Virus record (IMG/VR): IMGVR_UViG_3300027792_000011
Source: a virus
Direction: 5' to 3' (one strand)
Length of the DNA stretch: 64,000 nucleotides
In this document: one piece after another, positions 46,701-55,600 of the stretch
Numbering within the stretch: position 1 is the stretch's first letter
Layout of the letters: each line of letters starts with the position of its first letter
Notes under the pieces: model-generated
Told to the model about the DNA's origin: nothing
Databases searched by the model: none
Seen by the model: the letters and a program-made list of their open reading frames with translations, nothing else
Made by a program: the position numbers and the translations under genes

Positions 46701-47524
46701 ACAACAGAGCTATTGTAGAGGCTGCGGACAAAGTATCACCAGAGACAATGAAATCGCTACAAGCTATCGCGGCTGCTGAATCTTCTGGTAACTGGGAAGC
46801 TGCTAATGAGCTTCGTAGTAAGTTCTATTCTGACTACATTGGAAAGCCTGGATCCGAATACCTAGCTGCAGCTCTACGGGCAGATCCTACTGGTGGATCT
46901 GTCAATTTGGGTGTTGGTATGCAGCGAGCTCTTCGTATACAAGGTGAGCTTACCGGGAAAAGGGGTACTGAGCTGGGTATTAGGGAGATGCTTAGCTCTG
47001 TTGGTCTAGACGAGAAGGCGTTTGGTGGTAAGGAGTTTGAGGCACTAGGTCGTAATCAGAAGCAGCGTATGAAAAAGCTGACTGGTATGATCACCAGTAA
47101 AGAGGGGATAACATCAGAACAGTTGACGACCTATCTTGGTGGAACAGCGGGAGACAAAAGTGCGATTGATGCGATTGCCGGTATGGGTGCTGGTACATTC
47201 AAAGATAGAACATCATCCTGGCTAGAAAGCGGAAAAGACGGCTGGGATGCTAAAGAAGCCGCAGCATTGGCAGTAAGCTCAGGTGCAGAGGAGGCCCAAC
47301 AGGGATCAATGGGGGGTACGCAAACTAGAAGTAGCCTTGCTGAAAAGCAATACGATATTCTCAAGAAGATGTTCGACTTTCAAGTAGTTCAATCGACGAA
47401 GGACGCTGGACTGATCAAGGAACAGACTGATAATCTCATAGCTGCCATGGGATTGCAGTCGAAGACTACGGCCCCTGCTGGTGAGGGAACCTCTGAACAA
47501 ATTCCAGGAGATTATGCGGGGTAG
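43709..47524 (+). CDS. Probable tail tape measure protein
   Basis: 1271 aa, Gly/Ala/Met-rich and helical with a hydrophobic segment; heads the tail/baseplate cluster. Confidence 0.7.
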   Translation: MMSSQQIAAMASQQQAMFGNFQSYAAQITPAYGAGPGMGALRPPVMGGYHTGSPPMMPPPPPPMPGLNMGYGGGMMQMATMMPYASPQMGMQQVMGEQLAGSFTGGLSTVGSGLARIGGYGALGAAGLSMLGMGGMGMAALGGLPGMAVVGGLEAGAYGLSQMHAGFQERQNVNRVLRQRFGGMMGIGGGRGGMGFNTQEMGQVSSMVRGMADQDMYTSFDELTRLMDRTAQMGLYRGVQGARQFQTRFKETVASLTEIAKTMHTSLEGATQFFEQARGQGFFSGRDITATLTQTRMAAGASGMSMDQMMSIRNQGTQMGRMMGMRGRTGAGAMMQMATNIGVGMQTGAISDELISEATGGLMGAEGAQAAAGMMMQSNARWLRRGAGRVMLAGLWDPATGGINRERLAQVMSGGMSFQDVRAMGRANISGTGGRRSEFFANEERLGGMLQEAGGGAIQFGMLEEHIRARRGVTSDDPIGERFIRRQTGWSQAEFELQRAAYRNLPRILEDRSMREAQQNETAMRTRSMEGRGVAGAQRRIQHWWQTEVTSPIRQMGDDLVTSFTTKVDEIFNQMEGNVKLTISERTQGLLTEYARTGELGKDLMSFKRYQELSRKLRTTSDEGGFWGGVGRSLGMRPGTIDERFNDIGGYLYSRAGKGLDIGAKLTQKQKEDFINKYYEESNMSASELGFTSDQIQKLSGRASQILTSKIGTGARLQEFREQLSRFPLMSGEEKDLFFQTRLDMYQSGDQDIKKFFAKLSGSRAKQYAGLAQLERGFGKGIEMPVDAMGGVKSYETLRTQLKSAADNEKSVMNRLAAKLLGGGYGTEWAYQTTTERKEGTGWWGTSFMGESKEITKKIAGKKLLDEIRMRENTGFMDQDSSLESKSSALRRYAVSITGLMSDEGTRDLLIRASRPGGDPAALKRLQELSRMDEKQAKDFGVSDVEALGKLTQRIANDDTKVKNDISSLAESSNLRDMIAVSQRVKESGAALDKSLRNNRAIVEAADKVSPETMKSLQAIAAAESSGNWEAANELRSKFYSDYIGKPGSEYLAAALRADPTGGSVNLGVGMQRALRIQGELTGKRGTELGIREMLSSVGLDEKAFGGKEFEALGRNQKQRMKKLTGMITSKEGITSEQLTTYLGGTAGDKSAIDAIAGMGAGTFKDRTSSWLESGKDGWDAKEAAALAVSSGAEEAQQGSMGGTQTRSSLAEKQYDILKKMFDFQVVQSTKDAGLIKEQTDNLIAAMGLQSKTTAPAGEGTSEQIPGDYAG

Positions 47525-47527
47525 ATC

Positions 47528-47815
47528 ATGACGGTATACGGCGAATTTGGTTGGACTGCTTCTCCGACCGTTCAATCAATGGACGGTCCTGATTCTGACT
47601 ACAGGCGCGAGAAGACCATCACGAAGATGGTGGGTGGTAAGAAGGTAACACTGATCTTACGCGACACCATTGTTCCAGAAGATCCGTACTTGAACATGGT
47701 GTGGGCGGCAGCCTTCGTCTACACGGAGAATAGCGGTCCTAGTAATAGATTTCCGGTCACTCCAACAACCAGATCGATCAAAGATGCTTTGATCAAAACG
47801 AATCTAGTGATCTAG
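47528..47815 (+). CDS. Hypothetical virion-cluster protein
   Basis: Operon position. Confidence 0.6.
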   Translation: MTVYGEFGWTASPTVQSMDGPDSDYRREKTITKMVGGKKVTLILRDTIVPEDPYLNMVWAAAFVYTENSGPSNRFPVTPTTRSIKDALIKTNLVI

Positions 47816-47825
47816 GGGTACAACA

Positions 47826-49154
47826 ATGGCTGTGTTTATCGAGGCTAGGACCGAACCATTCGCTGCAAGGCGCGAAGAGATGGCTAGTGGTATCCGTGAT
47901 CACGGAAGATCACATCCATACGTGCGTAGACCAACGCGAGGGTATCAGCTCAAGGAAGATGTCTTTGCGGTGATCAGGATCATGGGACCGGATGGTCGGT
48001 TCATGCCAGTGATAGACGCTGCTGGTGAGGAGTATTCTGTCGAGACCAATAGTGGCATGACAACGTCCTACTCGAACTTCTTCATTCAGTCTGTCTCTGA
48101 GCAGCGACAGGAGAAGCAGCAGATCGTAGAGACGTTTGGTGATTCCTGGATCTTCTTCTTTGGTGAGGCGCCACGTCTTCTCCAAGTAGGCGGTTACCTT
48201 CTGAACACGGCCGACTTCAACTGGAGAGCAGAGTTCTGGGAGAACTATGAGCGGTACTTCAGAGGGACCAGACTTGTCGAGCTAGGGGCGCGTCTATACT
48301 TGATGTACGACGATATCATAGTTGAGGGGTACTTGATCAATGCCGCTGCACAGGAGTCCGCAGCACCAGCACCGGCAGTGCTCCAGTTCAACTTTCAGAT
48401 GTTTGTCACTGGTTACACTAACGTTTCTAGGATAGGTGATCCTAACTTTCCTGCTCCAACAAACTTGGACTACGCGCAGCTTTCTAGTTACGATCAGGCT
48501 ATTCAGAGTTGGCAGAGGAATAGGAACCTACAACGCAATATCGCCGGTGAGACCATCAACGCAGCTAACAGAAGAGCGTACCAGCTAGGAGTTGGCGCAC
48601 TGCTGGCGGACTCCCTTCGTGCGAACATGGTTGATGCCGGTGATCCATCCATCTCAGCGTTTGTTGCCAGAGCTTACATGGCGACCAGAGCCGTGGCCAC
48701 ACTGGCTCAGCTAGCTAGCAGTCCAGATTCAGTGACCAATGCATCTGTAAATCCTTACGAGGGAGTGAGCATGCAGGGGCCGATGCGTCAGCAGTTCACG
48801 CACAACATTGATGAGTACGTCAGCTCAGGAGAGGAGTCACGCTACGCCAATAGGCATTTTGCATATGAGCTGTCTATGGCTGAACGTTGGCAAGAGATGG
48901 ATAGTCAGATGGATGCCGGTCTAGATGGGATGACATCAGGCGGATCGGACGCCGGAGGATCAGAGTTCTGGGATGTGATGGGGCGTGCAGGTAGAACACA
49001 GCAGCAGATCATTGAGAGTGGTGGAGATAGACTCGTATCCCAGAACATCAACCGTGGTATGTTTATCGGCGCCGCTAGTCGCAGTGGTAACCAAGCGGCT
49101 CTAGCCAGATCAATACCGTTCGGGATGATGGTCATGCCAGGGGAGATGCTGTAG
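47826..49154 (+). CDS. Tail-tube-initiator/baseplate-like protein
   Basis: Position after the tape measure; tube-like beta pattern (QIVETFG..IFFFGE.PR.L...G.L). Confidence 0.55.
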   Translation: MAVFIEARTEPFAARREEMASGIRDHGRSHPYVRRPTRGYQLKEDVFAVIRIMGPDGRFMPVIDAAGEEYSVETNSGMTTSYSNFFIQSVSEQRQEKQQIVETFGDSWIFFFGEAPRLLQVGGYLLNTADFNWRAEFWENYERYFRGTRLVELGARLYLMYDDIIVEGYLINAAAQESAAPAPAVLQFNFQMFVTGYTNVSRIGDPNFPAPTNLDYAQLSSYDQAIQSWQRNRNLQRNIAGETINAANRRAYQLGVGALLADSLRANMVDAGDPSISAFVARAYMATRAVATLAQLASSPDSVTNASVNPYEGVSMQGPMRQQFTHNIDEYVSSGEESRYANRHFAYELSMAERWQEMDSQMDAGLDGMTSGGSDAGGSEFWDVMGRAGRTQQQIIESGGDRLVSQNINRGMFIGAASRSGNQAALARSIPFGMMVMPGEML

Positions 49155-52100
49155 ATGCCAACAGCCCAACATCTGAGACTTCGGTGCTTCTTGGAAGGAA
49201 TAGAGGTTCCAATTGTCTCCGCCTCACTCTCGATCCAACCGGATTCGCCGGCGCAATGTCAGATCCAAATTCCAGCTACTGATCGAGCCCATGATCTTCT
49301 GCCACGAACGCTTGTACACGTTTTCTACTATGACTATCACGACGGTCCTGGGGATACGTTCAGCGTCCGAGTTGGCAACGAAGATCAGGTTCTAGCTGCT
49401 AGACGTCTAGCAGAGATGTTGAACGAATCAGAGAATGCCGGCAGTGTTCAGTCCGACACCCAGACGGGTGATACTACTACGTCCGGATCGGTAGCAACTA
49501 GAACGACATTCGCGGAAGATCTACCTGGTCTCACAGGCGTTAGTCTTGACCCAGAAGGCGCACAGTTGCCATCTGAGGGTGCACCATCAACTGCAGTAGC
49601 AAGAGTTGAGTCGTCTCAGATAAGACAGAATGAAAGTGATGATCCACTACGTGATGAGCAGGTGAACGATCAGAACTGGAGACTGTTCTTCTGCGGAGAG
49701 GTAATCGGATACCAATTTGTGAAGAACTACAACAATCGCGGGATCATCCTAGATTGTATGGACCTATCGCTCTATTGGGATACCTGCTACCAGTACAAGG
49801 TCAATGTAGCCTCGCTCACCGGCAATGCCATGGCCAACTTTGTTGGTGCAGGAACGTCGCTGTGGGATGTGTTCTTCCAGAGTGCAACAAGCTCTCTAGT
49901 GGATATCGTTACCCGTAGATCATATAGTAGACCCGATCTTACTGGACTGCTCTCCGGCATCGTTCACCTACTCGAACGAGTAGGTGGTGTCTACACTTCC
50001 CCAGGACGAAGCTTTCGTGGAGTGAACGACTTCTTCTCGATCGCAGAGCTGCGACTACACCTAGTTGATATGATCTGTGCATCAGAGAATGACAATTCCT
50101 CCAGACAGGTATTCGCACGCAGAGCGTACAATGCGTGGACACGTAGAGAGGGTGGGCAGCTGGGAGAGATTGCTAGCTTCAGGGAGATACTCAATCTGGT
50201 CAACAGGTACATCTTTCACAGCGTGATACCGTGTCCAATAGCGAAGTATGAGCCACCAGATCAAATAGCCACATCCAGATCAGTTCGCTACAACATCATG
50301 GACACTCCAGCCGGTAGAAGGGCTCTGGATCTTGCTAGGCAGATACAAGCTAGAGCTAATGCTCAAAGAGATTGTTGGGCTGAACACGTAGCTAGTGGAC
50401 TTTCTCTTCCTAGTGATCTAGTGCCAACAGCTCGTAGCGAATACGTAGGTATTGCGAGTGCATTAGAGCACAGTTTGATCCCATCACTCAATCAGCTAGG
50501 AGCTAGGAATGCGGCAGTAAAGGCCGTTGTGGCAAGACAAAAAGCCGATAGCATTTCAGCGTATATCAATTTTGCGGAAAGAGTGATCGATGTTACCGTA
50601 CTAGCCGCAACATCTGAGGAAGCAGCTAGCGCTATGGATGAATGCGTAAGCGCAATGACCGGGCTACCTCCTCGATCTAGAAATGTTAGTAGCACAAGGA
50701 GAGTGTCTGCTAGGCTGAATTCGCAGATCATGCGCCCGGACATCTTCATGGTAGCCCCACCACGCTGTAACGTGATCTTTCCCGAGTTGTACAGCAGCAT
50801 GCAGTTCTCTAGGCAGTTTCTCCGTGAGGTGACCAGGATGCGTCTCACGGTATCCGATGAGATCTTCGGCCCGGACATGTTGCTGGACAACTGGTACTAC
50901 GCTCCAGATGTCGAGGTACTTGGTGAAAGAGTTCGTCAGGGAACTACAGATGCCGGAGGCGTAGCAGAGGGAGCTACTCTACAGCGTGCAGCGTACAGCT
51001 GCCGCCTAATGGATCACGAGCTGTTCACTGGTGTCGTTCCTGTGTTCGAGCGAATGAACGAAGTGAACATGTACGCTGCTCGAGCTCAGATGGTGACAAG
51101 GCGTGGGGCAGTAGTGCCCTATGCAATGCGTGCAGCGCACTTCCAGTTCTTCAAGAACCGTATGGCACCTAGGTCCATGTCGGTAAGCGGGAAGTTCAAT
51201 CCGTACATAGCTCCTGGATTCCCAGCTACTGTGATCGATAGGTACATGACCAAGGAGGGAATAGAGATGGCCAACCTACGTGGCATCGATCTCCTCGGTC
51301 AATCACTCACGCGAGGTTGGGCACGAGTTATCGAGGATCGAACAGAGTACGATCGTAATGTCGGCAATGCTGAGTTCTCTCCCATGGATGTGTGGAGCGC
51401 ACTCAGGAACACGGTACCAGTTCAGTTCACGGGACTCTTGATGTCAGTTCAGCACAACGTGTCGCAGGGCTCGGCAGGTACCTCCTATACTCTTTCCACA
51501 GCTAGAACGCACAGAGATCGGGATGAGCTGCTTGGTTCCAACGTTATGCAGGTTTCGCGTAGGCAGCCTGCGCAATCTACCAGGACCAGCTTCGTTGCCG
51601 CGTTGGAAGGAGACCCACCACAAGTAGGACAACTTGGCCCCTACTACGGTCTCATCACAAATGTGATGTCCGTGAGTCGTACTGGAAGCTTTCTTCTTTT
51701 CGGTACGTTCGGAGGTGGAAGGCCGCGAAGAGAAGTTGTCCGAGTTCCCGTTGGTGTTACTCAATCGGCTAGAAGTTACGGCCCAGAAGTCGTTGGTATG
51801 GTGGGCAGCCGCGAGGCAGAGGTCACGTTCCGCGCGTATCAGATCACTGAAGAAGTAGATCGTTGGCGAGGTCAGCGTGTAGAAGTTCCAATGGAGGACT
51901 TCCTTCGACCACCTTGGATGAGCGATGTTTGGGCCAGCGATAGGATTGGTGGAGTATACCAGCAGTTCTTCGGAACAGGTGCTATTACTGATCCAATGAT
52001 CATTGATACGGGTACCGCTCGAGCTACCTACACAGAAGATTACGACGAGACGCATAGTGAGGCTGGAGCACGGAACCAAACGGTGCAGGATCCTATCAGG

Positions 52101-52583
52101 GCTGATGGTACTACGAACCAGACTGCTGACCTCGACATCACCATTGAAAGAGCCATTGATCTATTGGTGAAGTCGTACAGCGAGATCAGGCAAGCCGGTC
52201 TAGACGTTCACGAATTCATTAGGGCGTATACGTGGCGGCCGGTAGCGACCATCGATGACATGCTGGGAACTAGAGATCTGGAAATGGATCCTGCCACTGG
52301 TCGTGTGCTCCGTGGAGTAGAGGGGTTTCATAGTAGAGCGTTCGGTCGTGGAGAAACTGGAAGCAATCTGCGCAACCTGGTTCCAGAAAACATGGCAGGT
52401 ACGAACGCTTCTGAACAGGAAGAAGACCGATACCATATCGCTGCTCGTCTCTTGGGTATTGGTACTGGAGCTAACCAAGATCGTCGTAATCTGTTGACCA
52501 GGCTCGACAAGCGGTCTGATAAGAGTGAAGCGGTCCTGGCCTACGTTCAAGAGCTATGGGACAGTCGTGGACAGCTTGGTTGA
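49155..52583 (+). CDS. Large baseplate hub-like protein
   Basis: LRCFLEGIEVP N-terminus, LFFCGEV..Y...IILDCMD and RSMSVSGKFNPY..PGFP pattern resembling hub proteins. Confidence 0.55.
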   Translation: MPTAQHLRLRCFLEGIEVPIVSASLSIQPDSPAQCQIQIPATDRAHDLLPRTLVHVFYYDYHDGPGDTFSVRVGNEDQVLAARRLAEMLNESENAGSVQSDTQTGDTTTSGSVATRTTFAEDLPGLTGVSLDPEGAQLPSEGAPSTAVARVESSQIRQNESDDPLRDEQVNDQNWRLFFCGEVIGYQFVKNYNNRGIILDCMDLSLYWDTCYQYKVNVASLTGNAMANFVGAGTSLWDVFFQSATSSLVDIVTRRSYSRPDLTGLLSGIVHLLERVGGVYTSPGRSFRGVNDFFSIAELRLHLVDMICASENDNSSRQVFARRAYNAWTRREGGQLGEIASFREILNLVNRYIFHSVIPCPIAKYEPPDQIATSRSVRYNIMDTPAGRRALDLARQIQARANAQRDCWAEHVASGLSLPSDLVPTARSEYVGIASALEHSLIPSLNQLGARNAAVKAVVARQKADSISAYINFAERVIDVTVLAATSEEAASAMDECVSAMTGLPPRSRNVSSTRRVSARLNSQIMRPDIFMVAPPRCNVIFPELYSSMQFSRQFLREVTRMRLTVSDEIFGPDMLLDNWYYAPDVEVLGERVRQGTTDAGGVAEGATLQRAAYSCRLMDHELFTGVVPVFERMNEVNMYAARAQMVTRRGAVVPYAMRAAHFQFFKNRMAPRSMSVSGKFNPYIAPGFPATVIDRYMTKEGIEMANLRGIDLLGQSLTRGWARVIEDRTEYDRNVGNAEFSPMDVWSALRNTVPVQFTGLLMSVQHNVSQGSAGTSYTLSTARTHRDRDELLGSNVMQVSRRQPAQSTRTSFVAALEGDPPQVGQLGPYYGLITNVMSVSRTGSFLLFGTFGGGRPRREVVRVPVGVTQSARSYGPEVVGMVGSREAEVTFRAYQITEEVDRWRGQRVEVPMEDFLRPPWMSDVWASDRIGGVYQQFFGTGAITDPMIIDTGTARATYTEDYDETHSEAGARNQTVQDPIRADGTTNQTADLDITIERAIDLLVKSYSEIRQAGLDVHEFIRAYTWRPVATIDDMLGTRDLEMDPATGRVLRGVEGFHSRAFGRGETGSNLRNLVPENMAGTNASEQEEDRYHIAARLLGIGTGANQDRRNLLTRLDKRSDKSEAVLAYVQELWDSRGQLG

Positions 52584-52611
52584 GCCGAGATGGGGCGGTA
52601 TCATAGGTTCG

Positions 52612-55600
52612 ATGGACGACTTGAAGAAACAGGCGGTTGGCTACAGAAGTGGCGGTTTCATGCAGGTGCGAAGAGGAACCAGACCACTTCACGTCGAAAC
52701 CCTCCTACGTCGTAAGACTCCAGAGTCAGCGGCCAACATCTTCGAGCCGGCCAGGCCAACGACAACAGACAAGACCTTCGAGCAGTCTCTTGCGGCCACA
52801 GCTGGTGAGGAGTTCCAGCCAGCAGAGGCTGAAGAGAAGGTAGCTTCGATCAGTGAGCGTGAGTTCCTTGCGAAGGTCAAGAACGAGGCAGCCAAAGAAG
52901 GATTCGACATCTTTGCGGTAGCCGGTCGACCCGATCAGAATACAGGTGCATCCATATACAGTCGTAAGGGGCCAAAGGACACTTCTGCTGCGTGGAATGC
53001 GCGAAAGGCGCACATGGAGTGGGAGAAGTCACAGGGAATGGATCCAGCACACGACTGGTCGAAAACTGCGGAGCTGCGCAGAGACAAGACCACAGAGAAG
53101 CCTACTCAAGTTGATCCGAAGGTTGTCGAGTCGGTAAAGATCAAGCAACTCGGTACCGAGAATGGAAAGAAGGTCTTTCTGGTAAATGGTGCCGATATAC
53201 GAAACAAGATCGATACAGACTTCGCTCTTGGTGGTAACTCTGCGAGGTATAGCTACGTCCCAGAAGGTGAGCTGTGGGTAGAGCAGACAGGTTCAACAGT
53301 AGATAGTGACGAGAAGCATACGATCAAGCATGAGGATCGTGAAGAGAATCTCATGCGTAGAGGTATGAACTACAACCAGGCCCATGGAGAGGCTACAAAG
53401 GTTGAGACTGTTGAACGCAGAAAGCAGGCTTCCGCAGGAGAGTTCGTAGGAAGACTGGCGCCGCTAGTAGATGATGCGGCGATCCTGGCATGGAGAGCCT
53501 ATCAGAATAAGCAGGGAAAGAAGCAGGAGATCCAGGAACCAAAAGTCGGTGAGGTGAAGAAGTCTTCTCTGATCACTGATCTAGAGAAGGAAGCAGCTAA
53601 GGAAACAAAGCTGAAGACAGAGCTTCAACCTTATCAGCAACGGGTAATAGATCGACTAAGGAACCAATCTGGTCTAGTAGTGGCCCATGGACTTGGATCT
53701 GGAAAGACTCTCTCCTCCATCGCTGCTGCTACAGAGCTAGCTCCTGGAGAAGCTGCTGCACTAGTACCAGCAGCTCTGCAGGAAAACTATCTCAAGGAGA
53801 TCGCAAAGCATACAGAAGGCGCTTCTCCGGTCAGTGTTGGCAGTCTTCAAAATGCGGTAGTGAAGAAGAACATACCGTCAGCCCCATTGCTGATCGTAGA
53901 CGAAGCGCATAGGCTCAGGAATCCGGCAGCAGAAGGCTACCAGTTGATCAGAGACGCTAAGACTGGTAAGCGGATGCTTCTTACTGGATCGCCGGTGTAC
54001 AACAAGCCAGAGGATATTGCTCCTCTCGTCAACCTAGCCGCCGGCGGTCGTGTTCTTCCTGTTGGATCAGATTTCAACCGTCGTTACGTTCGACAGCCGG
54101 GTAGGGGTCTTCTTACTCTGATCAATCCTTTTGCGAGTGTTGATCCGAAGATAGTCAACAAGGGAGAGCTAGGTGGGGCACTTCACAAATGGGTTGACTA
54201 CTACAATCCTGAGGGTGAAAGATCAGCGGACTATCCAAGCCTCAAAGAGGTAAGGATAGACGTTCCCATGTCAGAGTACCAGACGACGGTACATGATGCT
54301 GCTTGGGGTCAAGTTCCTCTGCTAACTCAATGGCGACTACGAAAGTCGCTTCCACCCAACAAGCAGGAGCTATCAGAGCTCAATAGATTCCAATCGCAGG
54401 CTCGGCAGATTGCAAGCTCTGAGAAGAAGTTTCGCACTGGAGATGATCCAGTTGCCATAGCCCCAAAGATCCAGGAAGCAGCAAGACGACTATCGGATCA
54501 GATTGAGACCAATCCAAGACATCGTGGTCTGGTTTATGCCAACTACCTCGAGACGCTCAATGACTACGCGAAAACGCTGGACGAGAAGGGAATTCCGTAC
54601 GCGCAATTCCGTGGTGATATGTCCGCTAAGGTTAGAAACCAGGCAGTAAAGGATTACAACGAGGGTAAGATCAAGGCGCTACTTGTATCCGGTGCTGGTG
54701 GTGAGGGGCTTGATCTGAAAGGGACCAGACAAGTACAGGTACTAGAGCCGCATTGGAACGAAGAAAAGCTGAAGCAGGTAATCGGGAGAGCTAGGCGTCT
54801 TGGATCGCATGCACATCTTCCACAAGAGGAGAGAAATGTTCTCGTAGAGAACTATTCGTCTTATCCTCAGAGATCATTTCTTGGGGCGATGTTCAAGGGG
54901 CGAAAAGGCGTAGAGGGGATGCTCTACGATATGTCAGCCCAGAAACAGCGATTGAATGATCAAGTAATAGACTTGATGAAGAGTGGACAGCATCGTGAGC
55001 GCATAGAAGTCTACGGCCTTCATAATGGAAAGCTTCTAGCCGGTAGGTTTCCAGATAGATCAGTTGGTGTATACGGAGGCGGTGTAGATCCTGGAGAGAC
55101 TCACGAACAGGCAGCCCATCGAGAGTTCTTGGAGGAGTCGGGTTACAACATAGGTAACCTTCGCAGAGTAGATGTTCCCCCATTTGAGTCTCCGTGGGTG
55201 GAGGATCATGGTCCTATCGAGCTTATGGCGCCCAAACGCCGAGAAGAATACGAATCTAGGCGCAAAAAGTTTCCTTCAGGTCACAAGACGACCTACTTCG
55301 CTGGTGAGGTGTCTGGAGAGCCATCGAAACCAGCAGATGATACGGGGTCACTCGGAAGAGTGAGGCCAATTGATCTGAATAGAGCTATCAAGATACAGCA
55401 AGCCGTCCTCTCAGGGATGACGAACCCTTACGACATTCGTCGTCTGGAAAGTAGGATCGCTGTTCTTGAGTCTCTAAAGGACCCACAGAAAACCGCAGCA
55501 CGTCGTCCCGAATTCCCGAACGGGACAGTTCGGGAAAACGGGATGGCTAAAATTGCTGCTGAAGCAACCACCGGACGTAGAGAGTTCGCTCCCGGAATCC

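Noticed and set aside
52525-52611. Upstream GTG start for the polyvalent protein
   Set aside because: It overlaps the end of the hub gene; the ATG at 52612 after the intergenic gap is more plausible
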